A DNA stretch of 64,000 bases from Clostridia bacterium (GTDB lineage: Bacteria; Bacillota; Clostridia; Oscillospirales; CAG-272). The position numbers and the translations under genes are program-made. Numbering within the stretch: position 1 is the first letter of the stretch; every line of letters starts with the position of its first letter. The notes under the pieces were generated by a model, which saw only the letters and a list, made by a program, of their open reading frames with translations, had not been told where the DNA came from and did not search any database. Shown piece after piece: positions 31,209-39,121 of this stretch. The stretch lies in NCBI GenBank assembly GCA_017504995.1, contig JAFVQC010000048.1:58946-122945 (forward strand). The letters are read 5' to 3'.

Positions 31209-31833
31209 GATAAATGAGGACGCGCCTTACTTTTCTTTCGCGAAAGAAAAGTAAGCAAAAGAAAGCAAAGCATTTGGTTTGATTTTCTTAATCTTGTTTG
31301 CGAAACAAAACCGAAGCGGCGATCATTGACCGTCTGCGGAAAGCAAATAATTTTTTGTCAATAAACGGCGAGAACGCAAGTTTGCCGTCCTTGCCCATGG
31401 CAAGGTTTTGGCTTTGCCAAAAAGGCAACCTTGCCTTTTTCAAGATGCCTGCGGCATCTTGAAAAAAGCTCCTGCTTGGTTCGTGATATTCGGGTATAAA
31501 AACCCACAAATTGAAAAAGGAGTCCGAAAACAGAGTCGAACGTGGTTTGCAGACCTCCCTTTTTCCCCCTCGATTGACTTGTCTCGACAGGGAAAACAGG
31601 ACGCTGGGAGCAGTAAAGCGGGAGATAGGACGCCGCCTTGCACATGCAGGGTTTCTCTATTCTCGGATACACGGCCCGGTGGGGTTAAAATCGGCGCACC
31701 TGCTTTTGTGGCAGGTGCGCCGATGATGTTGCTTCGCGAATGAAAACCTTAAAAACCGCATCCAAATCCGTCGGTACGTAGTGTCCGACGGATTTTTACT
31801 TTAAAAAAACAATTCCTTGCGGTCATTCACAAA

Positions 31834-31928
31834 GGGCGAACAAGAACAATATGAAATTCAAGAACTTGTCAGCAAGTTCTTGAAGGGAGTTTGAGGGGAA
31901 CTTCTCGAAAGAAGTTCCCCTCAATGCG
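31834..31928 (-). repeat. copy 3 of the ~95-nt double-hairpin repeat; overlaps the stop codon of the TepA-like gene
   Basis: Perfect 12-bp stem TTCAAGAACTTG/CAAGTTCTTGAA and stem GAGGGGAACTTC/GAAGTTCCCCTC. The last codons and TGA (31921-31923) of the gene lie inside the repeat. Confidence 0.85.
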
Positions 31929-32643
31929 TCCTCTCTCTTGCCTCTCGGATCATTTCGCGCAGGGCGTCCATGGCGTCGGAAAGACCGCCGATCTGATCGA
32001 TGATCCCATATCTCACTGCCTCGTCTCCGTCGATGATCGACCCCACGTCGGTGGCGATCTCGTCGGGGCGCATCATCAGCTCCCGTACCCGATCGGGATC
32101 GGCCTTCGAATGATCGCAGATGAATTTGATGATCCGCTTCTGCATTTCGTTGAAATAATGGAAGGTTTGGGGCACGCCCACCACAAGTCCCGTGATCCGA
32201 ACGGGGTGAATGGTCATGGTGGCGGATGGGACGATAAAGGATCGGCGCGCCGATGTGGCAAGGGGGACGCCGATGGAATGACCGCCGCCCAACACCAGAG
32301 AGACGGTGGGCTTTTTCATGGATGCGATCATTTCGGCAAGGGCAAGTCCAGCCTCCACGTCGCCTCCCATGGTGTTCAGGACGATCAGCAAGCCGTCGGT
32401 CTCGTCGCTTTCCTCAATAGAGACGAGCAGAGGAATGATATGCTCGTATTTGGTTGCCTTTTGTCCGTCGCCCAGCAGGTAATGACCCTCGATCTGCCCA
32501 ATGATCGAAAGGCAGTGAATCGACTCCCGTCCGTTGCGGATCTCTACGCCCCCGCTGTTTTCGATGCTTTCCCATTGTCCCTCGGTACTTCCGCCGTCCT
32601 GCTTTTTTGTGTCTCCGCTGTCGGTGTTTTTCTCGTTTTTCAT
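31921..32643 (-). CDS. ClpP-fold serine protease, TepA-like
   Basis: 240 aa. ..IIGQIEGH.., ..LNTMGGDVEAGLALAEMI.., ..GGGHSIGVPLA.. resemble TepA/ClpP-family proteins. Confidence 0.7.
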   Translation of the reverse strand: MKNEKNTDSGDTKKQDGGSTEGQWESIENSGGVEIRNGRESIHCLSIIGQIEGHYLLGDGQKATKYEHIIPLLVSIEESDETDGLLIVLNTMGGDVEAGLALAEMIASMKKPTVSLVLGGGHSIGVPLATSARRSFIVPSATMTIHPVRITGLVVGVPQTFHYFNEMQKRIIKFICDHSKADPDRVRELMMRPDEIATDVGSIIDGDEAVRYGIIDQIGGLSDAMDALREMIREARERTH

Positions 32644-32707
32644 GATAGCTTCCTCGATCTCTCAATAATTTTAATATAATTATTTGCAGAAAAGTGCTTT
32701 TTTAATC

Positions 32708-32736
32708 TTTACAAGAAGGGAAAAGTATGGTATAAT
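32708..32736 (+). promoter_or_regulatory. sigma-A type promoter upstream of pduL
   Basis: TTTACA (32708-32713), 17-nt spacer, TGgTATAAT (32728-32736). Confidence 0.65.
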
Positions 32737-32795
32737 AAGTACTGTGGACGATTCTGTCCGCGGATTGATTTTTTATTACATAGTGAGGTAGAAGG

Positions 32796-33365
32796 ATGGC
32801 AAACAAATTTTTGGTTGAGACCTCTGCAAGACACGTCCATCTCACCGCTGAGGCGGTAGAGATCCTGTTCGGCAAGGGACATACGCTGACAAACAAGAAG
32901 GATCTGAGTCAGCCCGGGCAGTACGCCTGCGAGGAAAAGGTGACCGTAAAGGGACCCAAGGGTGCGCTGAAGGCTAGCATTCTCGGACCCACCCGTCCCG
33001 CCAATCAGGTGGAGCTTTCCCTGACCGATGCCCGTACCATCGGCGTTACGGTTCCCGTGCGCGAGTCGGGTGACGTAGCGGGAAGCGCGGGTTGCGTTCT
33101 GGAAGGTCCTTGCGGCACGGTAGAAATGACCGAGGGCGTGATCGCGGCAAAGCGTCATATCCATATGACCACGGCAGACGCGGCAGCGCTTGGCGTGAGC
33201 GATAAGGAGATCGTCAGCGTAAAGGTAGACACGGCTCGTCCCCTGATCTTCGGCGACGTAGTCGTCCGTGTTAACGATAACTTTGCTCTGGCAATGCATA
33301 TCGATACCGACGAGGCAAACGCGGCAGGCGCTTGCGGCGCGGTTTACGGTGAGATCGTAAAATAA
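32796..33365 (+). CDS. pduL: phosphate propanoyltransferase PduL-like
   Basis: 189 aa. ..VETSARHVHLT..LFG.. and a second ..RHIHMT.. repeat are characteristic of PduL. Confidence 0.8.
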   Translation: MANKFLVETSARHVHLTAEAVEILFGKGHTLTNKKDLSQPGQYACEEKVTVKGPKGALKASILGPTRPANQVELSLTDARTIGVTVPVRESGDVAGSAGCVLEGPCGTVEMTEGVIAAKRHIHMTTADAAALGVSDKEIVSVKVDTARPLIFGDVVVRVNDNFALAMHIDTDEANAAGACGAVYGEIVK

Positions 33366-33377
33366 GGAGAACGGAGC

Positions 33378-34010
33378 ATGAAAAAAATCACGCTTGTGTT
33401 CCAAGGCGACAGCATTACCGACGCGGGCAGAGACAAGAGAAATTATTTCAACATGGGAAACGGATATCCTAAGTATGCGTCGGCATTGCTGGCGGAAGCC
33501 CTTCCCGAGGTGGACTTTACCTTTATCAATCAGGGAATCGGCGGCAACCGTACCGATCAACTACATGACAGACTGTATAAAGATGCCATTGAGTTTGATC
33601 CCGACGTGATATCGATCCTCATCGGCATCAACGACGTTTGGCACCGTTACGGAAGCGCCAAGGTCGCTACGACGGACGAGCAGTTGGAGCTGAACTACCG
33701 ATCGATCCTCACCCGTCTGAAGAAGGAGACCCATGCGAAGATCGTGATGATCGCGCCCTACGTGCTGGACGCGGACGATAAGGATATGATGAAAGAGGAC
33801 CTCCGGACGGTTCAGCCCATTATTCGCAAGCTGGCAGAGGAGTTTGCCGACGTGTTTATTCCTCTGGACGAGCATTTCGCAAAGGCGCTCCAGACCCAGC
33901 CCGAGCCGAAGTTCTATTCCAAAGACGGCGTGCATCCCAACGAAAACGGCGCCGAGTTTATCGGCAAGCTTTACGCAGAGGCAGTAAAGCCCTTGATCGA
34001 ACGTTTATAA
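33378..34010 (+). CDS. SGNH/GDSL hydrolase family protein
   Basis: FQGDSITD (block I), GIGGN (block II), DGVHPN (block V). Confidence 0.85.
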   Translation: MKKITLVFQGDSITDAGRDKRNYFNMGNGYPKYASALLAEALPEVDFTFINQGIGGNRTDQLHDRLYKDAIEFDPDVISILIGINDVWHRYGSAKVATTDEQLELNYRSILTRLKKETHAKIVMIAPYVLDADDKDMMKEDLRTVQPIIRKLAEEFADVFIPLDEHFAKALQTQPEPKFYSKDGVHPNENGAEFIGKLYAEAVKPLIERL

Positions 34011-34033
34011 TTTTATCAAAGGAGATAGAAACC

Positions 34034-34750
34034 ATGAGCAAAGAATTTTCTTGCGAGTACGCAATGAGCACTGAAGTTCAGAAGATGTGTACGGTAGCAA
34101 AGGGACCCAACCACGGTCCCGCGTCCATTCCAGAAGAGGGCAAGTGGGTACAGGCAAAGGAGATCACCGATATTTCGGCATACACCCACGGTGTGGGCTG
34201 GTGCGCACCCCAGCAGGGCGCGTGCAAGCTGTCTCTGAACGTAAAGAACGGTATCATCGAGGAAGCCCTCGTTGAGACCATCGGTTGCTCGGGTATGACC
34301 CACTCCGCTGCAATGGCGGCAGAGATCCTTCCCGGCAAGACCATCCTTGAGGCGCTGAATACCGACCTGGTTTGCGACGCCATCAACACCGCAATGAGAG
34401 AGCTGTTCCTTCAGATCGTGTACGGACGCAGCCAGTCTGCCTTCTCCGAGGGCGGTCTTGTTATCGGCGCGGGCATGGAGGACCTTGGTAAGGGCGAGCG
34501 TTCCATGGTTGGTACCATGTACGGAACCAAGGCAAAGGGCGTTCGTTATCTGGAAATGACCGAGGGCTACTGCACCAGAATGGCGCTGGACGCTGACGAT
34601 CAGGTGATCGGTTACGAATTCGTATCTCTGGGCAAGATGACCGACTTCATCAAGAAGGGCATGGAGCCCAACGAAGCGTACGAGAAGTCCAAGGGTACTT
34701 ACGGCAGATTTGCTGACGCTGTGAAGTACATCGATCCCCGCAAGGAATAA
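34034..34750 (+). CDS. NifU-N-like iron-sulfur scaffold domain protein, partner of the GGGtGRT protein
   Basis: 238 aa. ..GWCAPQQGACKLSLNVKNGIIEEALVETIGCSGMTHSAAM.. resembles the NifU/IscU N-terminal fold. Tightly linked to the downstream gene. Confidence 0.6.
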   Translation: MSKEFSCEYAMSTEVQKMCTVAKGPNHGPASIPEEGKWVQAKEITDISAYTHGVGWCAPQQGACKLSLNVKNGIIEEALVETIGCSGMTHSAAMAAEILPGKTILEALNTDLVCDAINTAMRELFLQIVYGRSQSAFSEGGLVIGAGMEDLGKGERSMVGTMYGTKAKGVRYLEMTEGYCTRMALDADDQVIGYEFVSLGKMTDFIKKGMEPNEAYEKSKGTYGRFADAVKYIDPRKE

Positions 34751-34767
34751 TCAGGAGGTACATAGGA

Positions 34768-35766
34768 ATGGCACATTTTGAAGGTTATGAGAGACGCGAG
34801 GCGAAGATCCTTGCTGTCCTGAAGGAATACGGCATCTCCTCCATCGACGAGTGCAAGGAGATCTGCACCGCAAAGGGAATCGACCCCTACAAGATCGTAG
34901 AGGAGACCCAGCCCATCGCGTTTGAGAACGCAAAGTGGGCGTACACCGTCGGCGCGGCGATCGCAATCAAGAAGGGTTGCGTGAAGGCTGCTGACGCCGC
35001 AGCCGCAATCGGTATCGGTCTGCAGGCGTTCTGTATCCCCGGATCGGTTGCAGAAAACCGTAAGGTTGGTCTGGGCCACGGAAATCTGGGCGCAATGCTG
35101 CTGTCCGAGGAGACCGAGTGCTTCTGTTTCCTGGCAGGTCACGAGTCCTTCGCGGCTGCCGAGGGCGCAATCAAGATCGCGCTCAACGCAAACAAGGTGC
35201 GTGTAAAGCCCCTGCGCGTGATTTTGAACGGTCTTGGTAAAGACGCCGCTATGATCATTTCCAGAATCAACGGCTTTACCTACGTGCAGACCGAGTTTGA
35301 TCCCTATACCGAGGAGGTTAAGGTGATCAAGGAGACCGCGTACTCCAACGGTGACAGAGCAAAGGTCAAGTGCTACGGCTCCGATAGCGTGCCCGAGGGC
35401 GTTGCGATCATGAGACTGGAAAACGTTGGCGTATCCATCACGGGTAACTCCACCAACCCCACCCGCTTCCAGCACCCCGTTGCAGGCACCTACAAGAAGT
35501 GGGCAATCGAGAACGGCAAGAGCTACTTCTCCGTAGCGTCGGGCGGCGGTACGGGACGTACCCTGCACCCCGATAACATGGCGGCAGGCCCTGCTTCCTA
35601 CGGTATGACCGATACCCTCGGAAGAATGCACGGCGACGCGCAGTTCGCGGGATCTTCCTCCGTTCCAGCTCACGTAGAGATGATGGGACTTATCGGCGCA
35701 GGTAACAACCCCATGGTGGGAATGACGGTAGCAGTAGCCGTAGCGATTGAGGAAGCAAGCAAATAA
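34768..35766 (+). CDS. GGGtGRT family protein (uncharacterised)
   Basis: 332 aa containing the eponymous ASGGGTGRTL motif. Its last 30 codons are duplicated at 48605-48697. Confidence 0.75.
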   Translation: MAHFEGYERREAKILAVLKEYGISSIDECKEICTAKGIDPYKIVEETQPIAFENAKWAYTVGAAIAIKKGCVKAADAAAAIGIGLQAFCIPGSVAENRKVGLGHGNLGAMLLSEETECFCFLAGHESFAAAEGAIKIALNANKVRVKPLRVILNGLGKDAAMIISRINGFTYVQTEFDPYTEEVKVIKETAYSNGDRAKVKCYGSDSVPEGVAIMRLENVGVSITGNSTNPTRFQHPVAGTYKKWAIENGKSYFSVASGGGTGRTLHPDNMAAGPASYGMTDTLGRMHGDAQFAGSSSVPAHVEMMGLIGAGNNPMVGMTVAVAVAIEEASK

Positions 35767-35902
35767 TCCTTGCGGCGTAAGGCTTTTTGAGACTTTCTTG
35801 ATTTCAAGGAATCATTGAAAAAGATCTTTAGCTGAAAATCACAAATAAAAAGTTGGACACATCATTTACGTGTTTTTGCACGATGATGTGTCCAATATTT
35901 TA
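35673..35902 (+). repeat. left direct repeat (attL region) of the island
   Basis: Aligns to 48604-48848. It covers 30 codons plus the stop, the block TTGCGGCGTAAGGCTTTTTGA and a GGACACATC-stem terminator. The middle part is divergent. Confidence 0.85.
35853..35902 (+). terminator. terminator downstream of the GGGtGRT gene (island-side copy)
   Basis: TTGGACACATCAT (35853-35865) / ATGATGTGTCCAA (35883-35895) followed by TATTTTA. Confidence 0.7.
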
Positions 35903-35976
35903 TATATCAAAATTCAAACAAAAAATTAAAACAGTAAATCAAAAAAGAATTTAGTATCATATAAGTGCTTCAACAA

Positions 35977-37653
35977 TTATTTTTTCCATATTTGTAAAGC
36001 ATAGGAAGCAAACTCTTGTTGACGCGTTTCAATTTCCACTGCAGTCCAAGCAAGACAATTCGCTAAAGAAGGATTCGGCTCAATTTTAGATTCCTCATAT
36101 CGTTCTTTTTTGCTTTCAAACATTCTATTGGAGATTTCTCTATTAAAAGCTCCACTTAAAAGTGCTAGGTTCCCCAATCTCCAAAGATATGTTTCGTGAA
36201 CATCATCATCCACCTGCCAAATCGAATTGTCCTCCGGCATAATATGTTCAATGTGTACTTCAGTATTATCAATATTTATTTCATTGGAGGAGTCTAAAAA
36301 TTTATGAACCTTTCGAAGAATATACCGAATAGGCTCCTTTGCCGTTTTTGATCCACTCCAAATCTTGAACATATCATAAAATTCTTGATCTCCAACCATT
36401 TCATGCTTAATGCGCGCAATAATTAATTCTTTAGTACTTAATACTCCGTCATAAATTTCTTTAGCGATCGTTGCAAAAATTACTTCTGCCTTGTTTGCAA
36501 CTTTACCGCAAATGGTAAAGTTACGGAACACATAGACCTCAATCGTTTGAATAACTTCACGGATTTCTTGTTCATTAAATTCAGATGGCGCTTGTTTAAT
36601 TGCAAGAACTACGGGATAAAAAGTACTTGCTTTAAGCATTTTCAATGCCTTTAAGCTGTTAATTAATTGTATGTCGCTAAAACCAACATTATCGTCAGGA
36701 GCAGAAATATCATGATAGCACTGCGCGCACGAAGCTAGGTTCCTAAGGAACTCCTTGCTTGCTCTAGGGCTAGAAATAATTTTGCTAATACTTTTATACA
36801 AACTTTTTTCTCGAGTAAATGCTTGTGTCGCATTCCAATAATGACGAATGTACTTCGTGGGGTCTGCCTGATCTAATGTATTAATCATTGAATTCCAAAG
36901 ATTTTGTGCCGAAATAATATCCTGCGTTTGACTAAACACAAAATTTTTCAACAAATCAGCAGTTTCCAAATCTTTGCCTCGCGCGTTAAGCGTTTCAAAA
37001 ATAACAAACGCCTCCTCTAATTTTGTGGCCTCCATATACAGAACGCTAAATCGTTTAGTAAATGTATCATAATATTCATCTAAAACGTCCAGTTTGTCCT
37101 CCACATCTATAGGTTGATCCATCTTCTCTTTAATACGCTCATAGAAATACACATATGCTTTTCGAAGTCTTTCGTGCGATTTTTTTCTAACCCGCACCGT
37201 ATCTTCAGGAGATCCCAATTGAATCTTCTCACGGAAATACTCATTGTCCAATTCACCAAGATGCAAATGCAACTCGTCATTTGAGTCTGACAGGTATCGC
37301 CCGATGTGAATACTGGAAATATCTGATTTTCTATAGTCCGCTCTTTGTCTTCCCGTATCTCTATAAATCAAGTCGTAAAAGTATTGTAATGTACGCATAA
37401 ATATCATGGAGGTAATAGTTCTTTGCTGACCGTCAATGATATATTTCTTCCGGTTTGTTTCATCGTTATGAACCACAATTTGCCCAAAAAAGTGCTCCGA
37501 ATTTTCGCCACTTATTCTGGTCGCATTAAGGTCATCCCAAAAATCTTCAAGTTCAGCCACTTCCCATGAATATTCGCGTTGGTAATTTGGAATATAGTAG
37601 ATTTTACTCAAAAAAGTATTCATTGGTTCGATTGAGCAATTTTGTAATGCCAT
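35977..37653 (-). CDS. GmrSD-type DUF262/DUF1524 nuclease (putative type IV modification-dependent restriction enzyme)
   Basis: 558 aa. N-terminal IPNYQREYSW and IIDGQQRTITS (DUF262/ParB-like). C-terminal HIEHIMPED..LGNLALLSGAFNREISN (DUF1524 His-Me finger). Confidence 0.85.
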   Translation of the reverse strand: MALQNCSIEPMNTFLSKIYYIPNYQREYSWEVAELEDFWDDLNATRISGENSEHFFGQIVVHNDETNRKKYIIDGQQRTITSMIFMRTLQYFYDLIYRDTGRQRADYRKSDISSIHIGRYLSDSNDELHLHLGELDNEYFREKIQLGSPEDTVRVRKKSHERLRKAYVYFYERIKEKMDQPIDVEDKLDVLDEYYDTFTKRFSVLYMEATKLEEAFVIFETLNARGKDLETADLLKNFVFSQTQDIISAQNLWNSMINTLDQADPTKYIRHYWNATQAFTREKSLYKSISKIISSPRASKEFLRNLASCAQCYHDISAPDDNVGFSDIQLINSLKALKMLKASTFYPVVLAIKQAPSEFNEQEIREVIQTIEVYVFRNFTICGKVANKAEVIFATIAKEIYDGVLSTKELIIARIKHEMVGDQEFYDMFKIWSGSKTAKEPIRYILRKVHKFLDSSNEINIDNTEVHIEHIMPEDNSIWQVDDDVHETYLWRLGNLALLSGAFNREISNRMFESKKERYEESKIEPNPSLANCLAWTAVEIETRQQEFASYALQIWKK

Positions 37654-37873
37654 AGTATTACCTCTTTTCGCAAAGATTACAGTTTAATTGTACCATAATT
37701 CTCATAAAAAAGCAAGACCATTCCAAAACATATATATTTAGAACTTATTAATAATCACCCATTTTACAACCTCTTTGCAAACAATCCCCCTTCCCCTATT
37801 CGCAAATGCATTAAAATACGTTATAATGCTCTTGGCAAAACGATGTATCTGATACCCTTGGGAGGATTTTACC

Positions 37874-38812
37874 ATGAAAAAGCTGAAGATGACCACTCAA
37901 AAACTAACCTTTTCAGAGGGCTGTGAGAAGTATCTGGAACACTGTCGGCAGAGGAATTTGAGGCAAGGAACGATCAATCACTATAAGCAGAGTTACACGC
38001 AGTTCTTTAAATACTTCGATCCTCAAATGCCTATTGAGGACATCGACGAGCAGAGCTATAAGGACTACGTTCTGCACCTCAAGGCGACGCTCAACAATGA
38101 CACAAGTATTAATTCATATCTTCGGGATCTCATAACGACTATTCATTTTTTCATGAACGAAGGCTGGCTTCCCTACTTCAAGATGCAGGCGATCAAGGTT
38201 GATAAAAGCCATATCGAGACCTATAACGAGAATGAACTACAACTGCTTTTGAAGAAACCAAACATCAAAAAATGCTCCTTTACCGAATACCAATGTTGGG
38301 TGATGACGAACTTCTTTTTCAGCACAGGAGTAAGGCAGCGGAGTTTGATGCACATTCAGATCAAGAACATCGATTTTGATAACAACGTCGTCTACGTCAA
38401 CGTGACAAAGAATAGAAAGCCTTTGATCGTTCCTCTCAATCGAACGATGTCTGGTATCCTCTCCGAGTACTTGAAATACAGACAACATAAATCAAATGAC
38501 GACTTTCTCTTCTGCAACGTCTTCGGTCAACAGCTCACGAAAAGCACCTGCTATCATATGCTCTATGAGTACAACAAGCGTCGAGGCGTACAGACCACAG
38601 GCATCCACCGCTACCGCCATACCTTCGCAAAGCAATGGATCCTCAACGGCGGCAACGTCGTCTCCCTCTCAAAGCTTCTCGGACATAGCAGTTTGGAAAT
38701 CACACAGAACTATATCCACCTTCTCACCAGCGATATAGCTGAACAAGTTGACGAATTCAACGTACTGGATAAGTTTTATGGGAAGAAGCGCATTTTCATG
38801 ATTAAAGAATAG
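37874..38812 (+). CDS. tyrosine-type site-specific recombinase/integrase
   Basis: 312 aa. ..STGVRQRSL.. (Arg I), HRYRHTFA (His-x-x-Arg), LGHSS, and the catalytic Tyr in ITQNYIHL. Confidence 0.9.
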   Translation: MKKLKMTTQKLTFSEGCEKYLEHCRQRNLRQGTINHYKQSYTQFFKYFDPQMPIEDIDEQSYKDYVLHLKATLNNDTSINSYLRDLITTIHFFMNEGWLPYFKMQAIKVDKSHIETYNENELQLLLKKPNIKKCSFTEYQCWVMTNFFFSTGVRQRSLMHIQIKNIDFDNNVVYVNVTKNRKPLIVPLNRTMSGILSEYLKYRQHKSNDDFLFCNVFGQQLTKSTCYHMLYEYNKRRGVQTTGIHRYRHTFAKQWILNGGNVVSLSKLLGHSSLEITQNYIHLLTSDIAEQVDEFNVLDKFYGKKRIFMIKE

Positions 38813-38838
38813 CCATTACCTAAATAATGCAAAAAAAC

Positions 38839-38867
38839 TTGAAATATTCATAATTATGTGATATAAT
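38839..38867 (+). promoter_or_regulatory. near-consensus sigma-A promoter driving the structured RNA/leader
   Basis: TTGAAA (38839-38844), 17-nt spacer, TGaTATAAT (38859-38867). Confidence 0.75.
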
Positions 38868-38873
38868 AAAAGA

Positions 38874-39078
38874 GCCAAACTAATCGAATACTTTTTAGAG
38901 CGTATTTTTACTTTAGGGTGACTATACTCTTTTTGTCGTACACATTTTTATAGTAGAATTTGATAAAAACGCAAATTCCGGCTATGAAGATGTGTTAATA
39001 CGCTCTTACAGTAGATTAGTTTGGCGACTATCGGAGTTTGCGTTTTTTAGGCGTTGACTTCGGTTGGCGCCTTTTTTA
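38874..39078 (+). ncRNA. candidate structured RNA or attenuating 5' leader of the 39122-42133 operon (class unknown)
   Basis: 12-bp perfect helix 38874-38885/39014-39025. Coaxial 10-bp helix 38897-38906/38997-39006. A 15-17-bp helix 38965-38981/39031-39047 ends in a U tract. A second terminator hairpin at 39050-39071 is followed by TTTTTTATTTT. Confidence 0.55.
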
Positions 39079-39121
39079 TTTTAATAGTCTCGAAACTTAA
39101 CACACGAAGGAGAACCGCGCG

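Noticed and set aside
31408-31743. 111-aa plus ORF and overlapping 104-aa minus ORF
   Set aside because: Neither has an RBS, both have odd composition, and both are built from the palindromic repeats themselves.
31209-31833. tmRNA, RNase P RNA, SRP RNA or 6S RNA in the long non-coding region
   Set aside because: I could not find the conserved cores I know on either strand (tmRNA 5' GGGG..3' CCACCA ends, the RNase P GAGGAAAGUCC box, the SRP GGAA/AGCA domain IV motifs).
37817-37824. TACGTTAT in the integrase promoter as a third arm-type site
   Set aside because: A single 8-mer match in ~26 kb of searched AT-rich sequence (both strands) is expected by chance.
38874-39078. Retron msr-msd RNA (the 12-bp terminal inverted repeat resembles a1/a2)
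   Set aside because: No reverse transcriptase gene is adjacent. The downstream 573-aa protein lacks RT motifs A and B.
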